Shown: piece after piece, positions 1 through 9,920 of the stretch
How the letters are laid out: each line of letters opens with the position of its first letter
How positions within the stretch are numbered: position 1 is the first letter of the stretch
IMG/VR virus record: IMGVR_UViG_3300025133_009649
Location: 87 to 64,086 of that record
Reading direction: 5' to 3' (one strand)
Origin: a virus
Taxonomy: Duplodnaviria; Caudoviricetes
DNA: 64,000 nucleotides
Notes under the pieces: generated by a model
The model's input: the letters and a program-made list of their open reading frames with translations, nothing else
Told to the model about the DNA's origin: nothing
Database searches by the model: none
Program-made: the position numbers and the translations under genes

Positions 1-195
1 ATTGCCGATTATAACATAGAAATCCCACAATATGGATCAGTTCGTAGTTTAAACGTTGGGACTAGTTCTGGAATTCTAATGTACGACTTTGCGCAATCTT
101 TAAAAAATTCCAAAGCTGGTCATGAGTCGCAGAAACAGTTATATGATGAAATCTGTAGTGAACAGAATGAATCATTCCAATTAACTCTCCTTTGA
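1..195 (+). CDS. 3' end of a SpoU/TrmH-family (SPOUT) RNA methyltransferase (5'-truncated by window edge)
   Basis: Not in the ORF track. Frame +1 from base 1 translates IADYNIEIPQYGSVRSLNVGTSSGILMYDF... to TGA at 193-195, matching SPOUT motif 3 (D-x3-IP-x2-G-x3-SLNV-x4-I-x2-Y). Confidence 0.75.
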   Translation: MADYNIEIPQYGSVRSLNVGTSSGILMYDFAQSLKNSKAGHESQKQLYDEICSEQNESFQLTLL

Positions 196-796
196 TATTT
201 AATATCGGAGATCCTGACGAGCCTCCGATAGCTGGTATACTATAGAATGCTCGATTATCTGAAACACCAAAAAACTGGCCGCGATATATTGGTACCATGT
301 CTCCTTCTATAACACCAAGAGGACCAGCTAAATTATATACTATTTCACCATATTCTGGTTTTTTTGAACTTATTTTTATGTAACTTGGCAATTCACCTGT
401 TATACTTTTAAGTAAGCATATATCTGCACTATGATCATATTTTAAAATATTTATTATATATTCTTTGCTATCACGATCGATAGCTTTTAAAAGAACTTCT
501 CCATTACGCGATTGTACAAAAGATTCAAGCTGTTTTTGATCACAAACATGTGCAGCAGTTAATATTGCTTTTTTATTATTATATAAAACAACGGCGCCTG
601 AAGCCATCGACAACAACTCAGATTTATTACAAGCAAGATTTTCTACATCACATTTTGCAAACTCACTCCAAGTTTCAATTTTTAAAATTGATTTTTTGGC
701 ATCTTGCATGGACTTAATTATATTTGTTTGTATGGCACAACTATTTACAAATGACATTAAAACAAGTATTATAAAAATTGATAAATATTTTTTCAT
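62..796 (-). CDS. Trypsin-like serine protease, probable lipoprotein
   Basis: Catalytic motifs TAAHVC (His), DICLL (Asp) and GGSSGSP (Ser). N-terminal signal MKKYLSIFIILVLMSFVNS-C resembles a lipobox. Confidence 0.85.
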   Translation of the reverse strand: MKKYLSIFIILVLMSFVNSCAIQTNIIKSMQDAKKSILKIETWSEFAKCDVENLACNKSELLSMASGAVVLYNNKKAILTAAHVCDQKQLESFVQSRNGEVLLKAIDRDSKEYIINILKYDHSADICLLKSITGELPSYIKISSKKPEYGEIVYNLAGPLGVIEGDMVPIYRGQFFGVSDNRAFYSIPAIGGSSGSPILNIKGELIGMIHSVHYRFHHITVSATHDQLWNFLKIAQSRTLEFQN

Positions 797-803
797 TACA
801 TTT

Positions 804-812
804 TAAATAGTT
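804..812 (-). promoter_or_regulatory. Putative phage late-promoter motif AACTATTTA upstream of the protease
   Basis: Reverse complement of TAAATAGTT, 7 nt upstream of the protease ATG. Same core as the motifs at 37037 and 60434. Confidence 0.5.
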
Positions 813-831
813 TTCGAAACAAGAGCAAAGC

Positions 832-2139
832 ATGAAAAAAACTTACGTATTGGATACAAACGTATTTTTAACAAACTCAAAATCGATTTTTGAATTCCAA
901 AATAACGATATTATTGTACCTTTGAAGGTTTTGGATGAAATTGATAAACATAAAAAAAGACAAGATGGCGTTGGCTTAAACGCTAGATCTGTTATTCGAA
1001 TACTGGATAATTTACGAAGTAAAGGTAATCTTCATAAAGGAGTTCGAATTGCGAAAGGCAAAGGGATCTTATCTGTAAGAGGTTACGATATCGAAGATCT
1101 TCCAATTGGTTGTGATTTACAAAGTGCAGATAATGAGATTATTACAACAGCAATTACTGAGCAAAAAAAGAACCTTAAAAGGAAGGTAATTGTTGTAACA
1201 CGCGATATTAATATGCGTGTGAAGTGTGATTCACTTGAAATTTTAACTGAAGATTATGTTACCAATAAAGTTGTAACTGATCGTAATAAATTATTTACTG
1301 GTTTTACAAAACACTTGGTTGATGATCAATTAATTGATCATGTATATGAAGGCCAAGAAGTCATTTTTGATAAAGAAGAAGGTAAATTCAACCCAAACCA
1401 ATTCTTAATGTTAGTTTCTAACGCAAATGAAAAAAAGACCGCGCTGGCCAGATTCAAAAATTATAATCTACCTTTACACAAAGTTTCTGAATATAAAAAG
1501 GGTGTTTGGGGATTAAAACCTAGAAACAAAGAGCAAATGTTTGCTTTAGATGTTTTATTGGATCCGAATATTCCTATTGTAACCCTTGTTGGAAAAGCTG
1601 GTTGTGGTAAAACTCTATTAGCAATTGCAGCTGGTTTAGATCAAGTATTAGATCAGGAAAGGTACAAAAAATTGGTTGTGTCTCGTCCAGTTCAACCTTT
1701 GGGCAAAGATATTGGGTATCTTCCGGGCACAATGGAAGAAAAGATGAGGCCATGGTTAATGCCAATTCAAGATAACCTAGATCACTTGTTAAATGGTAAA
1801 AAAGATTCTATGTCAATGTTTTTTGAGAACGGCACTATTCAAATAGAAGCTCTCACATATATCAGAGGCAGGTCTATAACTAATGCTTTTATTATTATTG
1901 ATGAAGCACAAAACTTAACAGTACATGAATTAAAGACTATAATCACTAGAGTAGGTGAAAATACTAAAATAGTTCTCACGGGAGACATAGAACAAATTGA
2001 TAGTGTTTATTTGGATTCAACTTCCAACGGGCTATCATATGCAGTAGAAAAATTTAAAACACATGATCTTTCTGGCCACATGACTTTAATAAAAGGCGAA
2101 AGATCTAAAGTGGCCACTTTGGCTTCGAGGGTACTATAA
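832..2139 (+). CDS. phoH: PIN-domain PhoH-family ATPase (PhoH2/YlaK-like)
   Basis: N-terminal PIN motifs (YVLDTNV, DNEI, TRDINMR), Walker A GKAGCGKT, and PhoH motifs GYLPG, RGRS, IIDEAQN, GDIEQID. Confidence 0.93.
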   Translation: MKKTYVLDTNVFLTNSKSIFEFQNNDIIVPLKVLDEIDKHKKRQDGVGLNARSVIRILDNLRSKGNLHKGVRIAKGKGILSVRGYDIEDLPIGCDLQSADNEIITTAITEQKKNLKRKVIVVTRDINMRVKCDSLEILTEDYVTNKVVTDRNKLFTGFTKHLVDDQLIDHVYEGQEVIFDKEEGKFNPNQFLMLVSNANEKKTALARFKNYNLPLHKVSEYKKGVWGLKPRNKEQMFALDVLLDPNIPIVTLVGKAGCGKTLLAIAAGLDQVLDQERYKKLVVSRPVQPLGKDIGYLPGTMEEKMRPWLMPIQDNLDHLLNGKKDSMSMFFENGTIQIEALTYIRGRSITNAFIIIDEAQNLTVHELKTIITRVGENTKIVLTGDIEQIDSVYLDSTSNGLSYAVEKFKTHDLSGHMTLIKGERSKVATLASRVL

Positions 2140-2462
2140 TGGAAATAATTAATGCAAAAGATTTGGATGCTAATCCAACGTTATCTGAAACAATAGAACC
2201 AGACAACGATTTAAAAAATATGTTGGTTGAATATGTCGGAGAGAAGATAGATCCTGAAGATCAAAATGTTACAGTTGAAATGATTGTTGAAACAATGGCA
2301 AAAGAATTTCCTGATTTTCTTCTTGCCATAGCAGAAGAAAACTGGATTAGAGGATATCATCAGGCTTTAGCTGACGTGGAAGACGGGAAAAAGCTTGTTG
2401 AAGAGGAAGAAAAAAAGAATGCCAAACAAAGAACTTGTAAACTATGTGAAGAAACAGAATAA
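2139..2462 (+). CDS. Hypothetical acidic protein
   Basis: 107-aa ORF coupled to phoH by a TAATG overlap. Confidence 0.65.
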   Translation: MEIINAKDLDANPTLSETIEPDNDLKNMLVEYVGEKIDPEDQNVTVEMIVETMAKEFPDFLLAIAEENWIRGYHQALADVEDGKKLVEEEEKKNAKQRTCKLCEETE

Positions 2463-3108
2463 ACAATTACCAGAATATAAGTTTGGCTCTTTGCATGTAA
2501 TCGTTAAAGATCAAATACAAAATGATGTTGATATTAAAAATGTATTTGGTAAAGTTAACAATTTAGTTCCTAAATACTTTCTAGAATTAATTGATATTGT
2601 TTATATAGGACAGTTTGATTTTTTCGAAGAAAGAGAAATTAACGCGTTGTTTCTTGATGATGCTCTTTATATTTCTAATGAACAAGATAATGATGAAGAT
2701 TTATTAGATGACATAATACACGAGCTAGCACATGCTGTAGAAAAAAAATATGGTGATTTTATATATGGTGATGGTAAAATAGAAGATGAATTCATATTAA
2801 AAAGAAATCGATTAAAACGAATACTACAAGATCAAAATTATAATATTAATAAATATGATTTTTTCGAAACTGAATATAATAAGGAATTTGATCTTTTTTT
2901 GTATAAAGAGATAGGATATGACGCGCTTAGAATGTTTTCTGTAAATTTATTTGTAGATCCTTACTCTCCTACTTCTTTAAGAGAATACTTTGCGTCCGGA
3001 TTTGAAGAATTTTATTTGGGTGATAAGCTTTATTTAAAGGAAATTAGTTCTTATATTTATAAAAAACTCATGGTATTACATGAAGGAGAATTAGAAAATG
3101 AATATTAA
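2419..3108 (+). CDS. Putative zincin-like metallopeptidase (HExxH)
   Basis: IIHELAHAV plus downstream LREYFASGFE (gluzincin-type third-ligand Glu). ATG at 2419 preferred over TTG at 2395. Confidence 0.55.
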   Translation: MPNKELVNYVKKQNKQLPEYKFGSLHVIVKDQIQNDVDIKNVFGKVNNLVPKYFLELIDIVYIGQFDFFEEREINALFLDDALYISNEQDNDEDLLDDIIHELAHAVEKKYGDFIYGDGKIEDEFILKRNRLKRILQDQNYNINKYDFFETEYNKEFDLFLYKEIGYDALRMFSVNLFVDPYSPTSLREYFASGFEEFYLGDKLYLKEISSYIYKKLMVLHEGELENEY

Positions 3109-3409
3109 ATTTGTTGAAGACTTAAAAAACTCTTTAATGAGAGTAACAATAAAACTTAAAAAACGAAAATTGGCTAGAGAAGAAAGAGTGATGCTTGGTT
3201 GGTATAAACTCAAAGAAATTGTAGATGAGCAATATAAGTGTTCGAGCACACATGTGTTAGGCGAATGTACAAACCCCCATCAAAAGATGGATAATGACTA
3301 TGATCATCTGTTAGAGAAAACATGGGTTTTTAATTTAATTCCAAAACAACCACCAAAAAAGAAATTTACTAAATCGAAAAGAACAAAGAAAGCCACGGTT
3401 AAAAAATGA
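3098..3409 (+). CDS. Hypothetical protein with basic C-terminal tail
   Basis: 103-aa ORF with GAAGGAG Shine-Dalgarno upstream, overlapping both neighbours. Confidence 0.65.
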   Translation: MNIKFVEDLKNSLMRVTIKLKKRKLAREERVMLGWYKLKEIVDEQYKCSSTHVLGECTNPHQKMDNDYDHLLEKTWVFNLIPKQPPKKKFTKSKRTKKATVKK

Positions 3410-4185
3410 GATCTCACATATCTTTTTCTGAATTAAAAATTTGGAATGAGTGTCCCTACAAACATAAATTAGTTTATAAAGACAAAATAAAAGAATTTTT
3501 AGGTAATGAATATACTGCTTTTGGAACTGCTATTCACTATGTTTGTGAGAAGGCGGTCATGGACGAACCAAGCAAAAATCTAGATTATATCTTTCATGAG
3601 AAATTTTTAGAAGAAGTAAAACTACTAAAAGAAAATAATGTCGACATCAATCATAAAATGATCTCTCAAATGAGAGAACAAAGTAAGAATATTATTGATT
3701 ATATTATTCCGGCTCTTAAAGAATGCTTTAATAAATTTGAAGTTATCTCGGTAGAAGAACAGCTTTTTATTCCTATTAAAGATACAAATCTCATGTTTAA
3801 AGGATTTATTGATCTGGTATTAAAAACATCTGACGGTAAATATCATGTTATAGATTGGAAAAGTTGTTCATGGGGTTGGGATTCTAGGAAGAAGGCCGAT
3901 CGTATGATAACTTACCAATTGACCTTCTACAAACATTTTTTTGCAGAAAAACACAACATAGATCCAAAAAATATTGAAACTCATTTTGCATTGTTGAAAA
4001 GAACAGCTAAATCAAATAACGTTGAAATATTTCGTGTAACCAGCGCCGCAAAAAAAACTGAAAATGCGCTTAACTTATTGAACAAAGCTACGTATAATAT
4101 TGTTAATAATAATCATGTGAAAAACAGGTTATCATGCACAACCGGATATGGCTGCGAATTTTATAAAACACAATATTGTAGGTAA
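3406..4185 (+). CDS. PD-(D/E)XK nuclease, Cas4/AddB-like with probable Fe-S cluster
   Basis: SFSEL..W.ECP, FGTAIH, GFIDLV, VIDWKS and YQL..Y motifs. One N-terminal Cys plus C-terminal CTTGYGCEFYKTQYC. Confidence 0.85.
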   Translation: MRSHISFSELKIWNECPYKHKLVYKDKIKEFLGNEYTAFGTAIHYVCEKAVMDEPSKNLDYIFHEKFLEEVKLLKENNVDINHKMISQMREQSKNIIDYIIPALKECFNKFEVISVEEQLFIPIKDTNLMFKGFIDLVLKTSDGKYHVIDWKSCSWGWDSRKKADRMITYQLTFYKHFFAEKHNIDPKNIETHFALLKRTAKSNNVEIFRVTSAAKKTENALNLLNKATYNIVNNNHVKNRLSCTTGYGCEFYKTQYCR

Positions 4186-4189
4186 ATAA

Positions 4190-5440
4190 ATGAAAAAAAA
4201 GAAGATTTTTGTGATTTCTGATCATCCTTTTTCTCCATCGGGAGTTGGAACGCAAACAAGAAATGTTATTGAGTCTCTGATATCAACTGGAGAATATTCT
4301 TTTATTTGTTTTGGTGGTGCTATAAAGCACGATAATTATCAACCGCAAAAAATAGATCCTCACGGTGAAGATTGGGTAATTTATCCAGTTGATAATTATG
4401 GTTCACAAGAGACAGTTAGATCTATCATTCGTACAGAAAAACCAGATATGTTATGGTTTATGACAGATCCTAGATTTTTTCCATGGTTATGGGAGATAGA
4501 GGACGAAATTAGATCATTAATACCAATGGTATATTATCATGTTTGGGATAATTATCCTTATCCAGTTTTTAATAAAGTTTGGTATAATTCATGTGATCAT
4601 GTTGCATGTATCTCAAAAGTTACTCATGATATTGTAAAAACAGTTGCACCAGATACTGATTCACAGTATATACCACATGCTGTGAATTCTGAAATATTTA
4701 AAGCTTTAGAAGAAAAAGAAATTCTAGAATTAAGGAAGCAAGCAGGGCTTAACAAAGATGACTTTATTATATTCTGGAATAATCGTAATGCAAGAAGAAA
4801 ACAATCCGGTAGTTTAATTTTTTGGTTTGCTAAATTTTTAGATAAAGTTGGCAAAAATAAAGCTAAACTTATAATGCATACGGAACCAAATGATCCAAAC
4901 GGACCAGATTTAATTGCACAAATTAATTCGTTAGGACTAATAAATGGTGAAGTTAGATTTTCGAAACAGAAAGTAGAACCTCAGCATTTAGCAGCAATGT
5001 ATAATATGGCAGACGTAACGGTTAATATAGCAGATGCAGAAGGCTTTGGTTTGGCTACTTTAGAATCATTATCTTGCGCAACACCAATAGTCGTTACGAT
5101 GACTGGTGGTTTACAAGAACAAGTTACTGATGGCGAAAATTGGTTTGGTATTGGTATCGAGCCAAACTCTAAAGCAGTTATTGGTTCTCAAGATATTCCC
5201 TTCATCTATGAAGACCGAATTAGTGAAGACGATTTTATCGAAGCATTAGAAAAAATTTATAAAATGTCAAAAAAAGATCGACAGATGCTTGGTTTAAAAG
5301 GCAGAGAACACGTGATGAAAAATTATAATTTTGATAAATTTCAAGAAACCTGGAGGGAAACAATTAAAAATATTCATAATAAATTTGGATCTTGGGAAAC
5401 AAGAACCGGTTATAAATCATGGGAATTACTAGAGGTTTAA
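4190..5440 (+). CDS. Glycosyltransferase, GT4-like (GT-B fold)
   Basis: SGVG near the N-terminus, YIPHAVN, NRNARRK, EGFGLATLES and TGGLQEQV. Confidence 0.9.
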   Translation: MKKKKIFVISDHPFSPSGVGTQTRNVIESLISTGEYSFICFGGAIKHDNYQPQKIDPHGEDWVIYPVDNYGSQETVRSIIRTEKPDMLWFMTDPRFFPWLWEIEDEIRSLIPMVYYHVWDNYPYPVFNKVWYNSCDHVACISKVTHDIVKTVAPDTDSQYIPHAVNSEIFKALEEKEILELRKQAGLNKDDFIIFWNNRNARRKQSGSLIFWFAKFLDKVGKNKAKLIMHTEPNDPNGPDLIAQINSLGLINGEVRFSKQKVEPQHLAAMYNMADVTVNIADAEGFGLATLESLSCATPIVVTMTGGLQEQVTDGENWFGIGIEPNSKAVIGSQDIPFIYEDRISEDDFIEALEKIYKMSKKDRQMLGLKGREHVMKNYNFDKFQETWRETIKNIHNKFGSWETRTGYKSWELLEV

Positions 5441-5441
5441 A

Positions 5442-7463
5442 ATGAAGAAAGTTTGTATAAAGGGCCCGTTTTTAACTCAATCAGGTTATGGCCATCACGC
5501 TAGAACAGTTATAAGAGCACTGAGAACAAGAGAAGATCTGTTTGATATATATCTACACCCAATTACCTGGGGAAAAACCAATTGGCTTTGGCAAGACGAT
5601 GAAGAAAGAAGATGGATCGATCTTGCTTTAGAAAAAACTATAGCTTATAATAATAAACATAATGGCAACCCAATTTTTGACATATCAATTCAAGTTACAA
5701 TTCCCAATGAATGGGCAAAAATAGCTCGATATAATATCGGCGTTACTGCAGGCATAGAAACTACTAAAATTTCCCCACAATGGATTGAAAAGTCGGAAAT
5801 AGTGGATAAAATTTTAACAATCAGTAAACATTCTAAAGATGTTTTTGCTAATACAGTGTATGAAGCCACCAGGAATGATACTGGAGAAGAAGTAACCTTC
5901 AAATGCCAAAAGCCTGTTGAGTATATAAACTATCCAGTAAGAAAATTTGATTCTGCAGAATTAGATCTAAATTTAACTACTGATTTTAATTTCTTGGCCA
6001 TCGCGCAAATAAGCCCTAGAAAAAATATTGAGCAATTAATAAAATGTTTTATTGAAAAATTTCAAGATGAAGAAAATGTTGGATTGGTTATAAAAGCCAA
6101 TATGGCAAAAAATTCTTTAATTGATCGAATTAACAGTGCAAATATAATAAAACAATCAGTTTTGCAATATGGTGAAAAAAAATGTAAAATTTATTTATTA
6201 CATGGATTTCTAAATGACAATGAAATGGCTTCGTTGTATACGCATCCTAAAATAAAAGCAATGGTTTCAACTACTCACGGTGAAGGATTTGGACTTCCCT
6301 TATTTGAATCAGCATACTATGGACTTCCAGTTATTGCAACTGACTGGTCTGGTCATTTAGATTTTCTTTATAAACCTACTAAACAAAAAAACGGTAAAAT
6401 AAAAAATAAACATTTATTTTCTAAAATTAGTTATACCCTTGGACCTGTACAAAAAAGCGCTGTATGGGATGGTGTATTGGAAAAGGAGTCTATGTGGGCT
6501 TATCCTGAAGAAGGTTCAATTAAGATGAGTCTTGGAGAACTTTATAAAGACTATGGTCGTTTTAAAAAACGAGCAAAAGAACTACAGAAGTGGGTGTGTG
6601 AAGAGTTTACAGAAGACAAAATTTATAAGCAATATGTTAAGTATATTTTTGGTAATGATTATACAGATATCGATATACAAGATTTACCAAAAATATCTCT
6701 CGTAACATCAGTATATAAAGCAAGTGAATATATAGAGCAATTAATGGAAAACACCACTAATCAAACTGTGTTTAAAGATAAGTGTGAGTGGATAATATTA
6801 AATGCTAATGAAAGTGGGGATGATTTTGAAGAAGAAGTTATTCTAAAATACAAGGAAAAATATCCTGAAAATATAGTTTATAAGCGTCTTAAAGAGGATC
6901 CTGGTGTCTACGCAGTCTGGAATATGGGAATTAAAATGTCGACCGGCGAATTTATTACTAACATTAATTGTGACGATCGTCGTGCCCTACATGGAATCGA
7001 AAGACAAGCATCTGTATTATCAACAAAGCCAGATGTTGATTTAGTTTACAATGATTCTTATGTGGTCAAAGAGCCAAATATAACATTTGAAAATATTACT
7101 TCAGGAAGCCCTCAATATAATCATGAGCAGTTTTCGAAAGAAGCCATGTTAAGAGCCAATTTACCACACAACAATCCTATGTGGAGAAAAAGTTTACATG
7201 ATAAACACGGATATTTCAATGAAAAACATGGGTCTGTATCTGATTGGGAGCTGTGGCTGAAATGTGCTTTTGAGGGCAGTAAATTTATGAAAATCGATTC
7301 TGTTTTGGGTGTTTATTATTTCAATCCAACAGGAATTTCAACTAATCCAGAAAACGACTCTTGGAAGAAAGAAGAAGAGAAAGAAGTATTTAAAAAATAT
7401 TTTAGTATGTTAAGAAAAGAAGACGCGTCACTACCTCTACCTGATGGTAATCTAGTGTTATGA
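5442..7463 (+). CDS. Bifunctional glycosyltransferase, GT4-like + GT2-like fusion
   Basis: N-terminal part has SGYG, PRKN, GEGFGLPLFE and WSGHLDF. C-terminal part has PKISLVTSVYK, WNMGI, NCDD and DWELWL. Confidence 0.9.
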   Translation: MKKVCIKGPFLTQSGYGHHARTVIRALRTREDLFDIYLHPITWGKTNWLWQDDEERRWIDLALEKTIAYNNKHNGNPIFDISIQVTIPNEWAKIARYNIGVTAGIETTKISPQWIEKSEIVDKILTISKHSKDVFANTVYEATRNDTGEEVTFKCQKPVEYINYPVRKFDSAELDLNLTTDFNFLAIAQISPRKNIEQLIKCFIEKFQDEENVGLVIKANMAKNSLIDRINSANIIKQSVLQYGEKKCKIYLLHGFLNDNEMASLYTHPKIKAMVSTTHGEGFGLPLFESAYYGLPVIATDWSGHLDFLYKPTKQKNGKIKNKHLFSKISYTLGPVQKSAVWDGVLEKESMWAYPEEGSIKMSLGELYKDYGRFKKRAKELQKWVCEEFTEDKIYKQYVKYIFGNDYTDIDIQDLPKISLVTSVYKASEYIEQLMENTTNQTVFKDKCEWIILNANESGDDFEEEVILKYKEKYPENIVYKRLKEDPGVYAVWNMGIKMSTGEFITNINCDDRRALHGIERQASVLSTKPDVDLVYNDSYVVKEPNITFENITSGSPQYNHEQFSKEAMLRANLPHNNPMWRKSLHDKHGYFNEKHGSVSDWELWLKCAFEGSKFMKIDSVLGVYYFNPTGISTNPENDSWKKEEEKEVFKKYFSMLRKEDASLPLPDGNLVL

Positions 7464-8302
7464 ACAACAAATTAGTTGTTGCTTCAGTAGCTACTCACAG
7501 TTGTTTAAAAGAGTTTTTATTAACCAAATATTCCTGTGAACTGTTTAACGAGTGTATATGGTACGTTGGTTGTGATCAGTATAGTTATAACTATCTTAAA
7601 AAATATAACAATATACAAGCTATACAATATGATATGAAAGATAACCAATCTGATCATAATTCGAATAATAAAGAAAATAGAGAACAATTTTTAAAGATAA
7701 TATTAAATAAGTTTAATATTCTAGAAGTTGCATTAAAAGAAAATAGTTATTGTTTGTTTTTAGATTCAGATATGCTATTTTTAGACAAAATTGATAATAA
7801 TATAATTAATCTTATTAAGAATACACCTGTTGATTTTATAGTATCCCCACATTATTCTAGAGATCCAATGAACGAAGATAAACATGGATTTTATAATGTG
7901 GGGATGTTTGCATTAAAAGACCCCTCTCATATAAAACAATGGAGATACTTGTCAGAAAACTGTGAAAAATTTGGCCTCTATTATGAACAAAAACCATTCG
8001 AGCTAATATTAAGTAATTTTAATACGCTAAATTTACCAATAAATTATAATATTGGGTGGTGGAGATTTAATAATCAGCGTACACAAAGCAGATTAAGCCA
8101 ACTTTCTTTGGCTAATGAACAAGTAATGTTTGGTGATCTTCCAGCTATTAATTTTCATTTTCATGTTTTTAAATCCCCTGATGGTTATAACCCCGGTCAA
8201 TTTTTAGTTGATAAAGTAATGAAATTATTAAATTTATCACATAAAATAGAATATAAGAAAATATTAGAATATTATGAGAAACTATCAGAAACATCTTTTT
8301 AA
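7460..8302 (+). CDS. GT-A fold glycosyltransferase (GT8/nucleotide-diphospho-sugar transferase-like)
   Basis: LFLDSDM (DxD), FYNVGMF, EQK, YNIGWWR and NFHFH motifs, within the GT cluster. Confidence 0.7.
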   Translation: MNNKLVVASVATHSCLKEFLLTKYSCELFNECIWYVGCDQYSYNYLKKYNNIQAIQYDMKDNQSDHNSNNKENREQFLKIILNKFNILEVALKENSYCLFLDSDMLFLDKIDNNIINLIKNTPVDFIVSPHYSRDPMNEDKHGFYNVGMFALKDPSHIKQWRYLSENCEKFGLYYEQKPFELILSNFNTLNLPINYNIGWWRFNNQRTQSRLSQLSLANEQVMFGDLPAINFHFHVFKSPDGYNPGQFLVDKVMKLLNLSHKIEYKKILEYYEKLSETSF

Positions 8303-9158
8303 GTTGTTTGAGGAATTTCGCCAGGCCCCGACGTGGCCAAATTATCCGCCATATAAGAAGGGGGATTATTTAGAAGAGCGTTTTATAAAATATTTTCAAG
8401 AAATACAGCCTAAAACAAAAAGATATTTTATTCCTGTAGCGTGGAGTTCTTGTTACATTAATAACAGAGATATTCCACTTCCTGGATTACAAGAGGCCTT
8501 GTCATCTTTGAAACAAAACGAAGAATATTTTATGGTTGGAGTTCATGACGACGCGCCAAGAGAGGCGTTACCGCCAAATACTATAAAATTTCTAGCTGGT
8601 GGAAATAAAAGAGACGAAAAAAGTATTCCAATACCAGTGGTCGTTAATAAAATTCCAGAATTTTACTTAAAAGACCTTAATTATGAAAAAATATATTTGG
8701 CTTCTTTTATTGGTTCTATGACTCATCCTATTCGCCGTATATTATTTGAAAAACAAAAAAATAATTCAGATATTATTTTTCAAATAAAAGGGTGGTCACC
8801 ACTAGTATTAGAAAACCAATTACAAAATTTTTTAAATGTAAGTGCACAAAGCAGTTTTGTTCTTTGTCCTAGGGGGTATGCTCCTACTAGTTGTCGACTT
8901 TATGAAGCAATGCAATTAAATTCAGTTCCTGTATATATAAGTGATGATTTTTGGGTACCATGGTCTGAGGAAATAGACTGGAACTCTATATGCGTTTTTA
9001 TTAAAGAAAAAGAAATAAAATATTTAGATTTAATTTTAAAAGAATGCAAATATTCAGGAGAATATGATTTAAAACTTAAAAAAATAAAAGAAATATACGA
9101 TAAATATTTTACAATAGATGTTATAATAGACAAAGTTATTGAAAGAGTAAACATATGA
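8274..9158 (+). CDS. Exostosin-family (GT47-like) glycosyltransferase
   Basis: ASFIGS..HPIR, SSFVLCPRGYAPTSCRLYEAMQLNSVPVYISD and PWSEEIDW match the exostosin C-terminal signature. Confidence 0.85.
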   Translation: MRNYQKHLFKLFEEFRQAPTWPNYPPYKKGDYLEERFIKYFQEIQPKTKRYFIPVAWSSCYINNRDIPLPGLQEALSSLKQNEEYFMVGVHDDAPREALPPNTIKFLAGGNKRDEKSIPIPVVVNKIPEFYLKDLNYEKIYLASFIGSMTHPIRRILFEKQKNNSDIIFQIKGWSPLVLENQLQNFLNVSAQSSFVLCPRGYAPTSCRLYEAMQLNSVPVYISDDFWVPWSEEIDWNSICVFIKEKEIKYLDLILKECKYSGEYDLKLKKIKEIYDKYFTIDVIIDKVIERVNI

Positions 9159-9919
9159 AACAAATAGTTTTTGCAATTGCTGACTACCCTAATGAAAAAC
9201 AGGATATATTTGACAATCATCTCTCTCCTAGGAACAAACAATATTGTGATCATCATGGTTTTGAATATAAAATTATTAGAAATGGTATTAAATTTCGAGA
9301 CAATTATACTTGGCACAAAATATTTGAGATTAAAAGAATGTTGGATGAAGGTGAATTAAAAGATGACGACTGCGTTTGTAATATTGATGCGGACATGTGC
9401 ATTGTTGACGGAAGATATTCTATCTTTCCAAAAGAAGGAAAATCGTTTGCCCTAGCGGTAGACAACGGGAACTCTCATTGTTGGGGGTGGATATCTTTTA
9501 GAATTAATGAATGGTCAAGAAACATGATTAATCAGATTGTTGATGAGGAGCGATGGAAAAGATTAAAAGATACGCCCCATGGAAAGGATTTTAGAGAACA
9601 GGCAATGTGGTATTTTTTGTGCGGAATCATGTCACATAGTTGGCATTCTTTTTTGAATATGATCAATTATGGGTGGTATAGCGCATATGACGAAAAGGAA
9701 ACATATTATTCCTTGGATGAATTGTACGAACATGTAGAGGTCCGAGGGCCCCGGTGGAATACCACCCTTTTAAAAGAAGAACAAAATGACTCAGTGAGCA
9801 AGTGGTTACAGCAATATAATATTGTCACTTCCCAAAAACAAGACACTATTATTAGGCATTGGGCTGGTGGGCAGCCATGGAACTATCAAGAATATTGTTC
9901 CAAAGAGGTAATATTTTAG
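9155..9919 (+). CDS. GT34-like (GMA12/MNN10-type) glycosyltransferase
   Basis: NKQYCDHHGFEY, WHKI, IDAD (DxD), REQAM and IIRHWAG. Confidence 0.7.
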   Translation: MKQIVFAIADYPNEKQDIFDNHLSPRNKQYCDHHGFEYKIIRNGIKFRDNYTWHKIFEIKRMLDEGELKDDDCVCNIDADMCIVDGRYSIFPKEGKSFALAVDNGNSHCWGWISFRINEWSRNMINQIVDEERWKRLKDTPHGKDFREQAMWYFLCGIMSHSWHSFLNMINYGWYSAYDEKETYYSLDELYEHVEVRGPRWNTTLLKEEQNDSVSKWLQQYNIVTSQKQDTIIRHWAGGQPWNYQEYCSKEVIF

Positions 9920-9920
9920 C

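Noticed and set aside
3406-4185. CRISPR-Cas locus suggested by the Cas4-like gene
   Set aside because: No repeat-spacer array or other cas genes are visible, and intergenic gaps are too short to hold an array.
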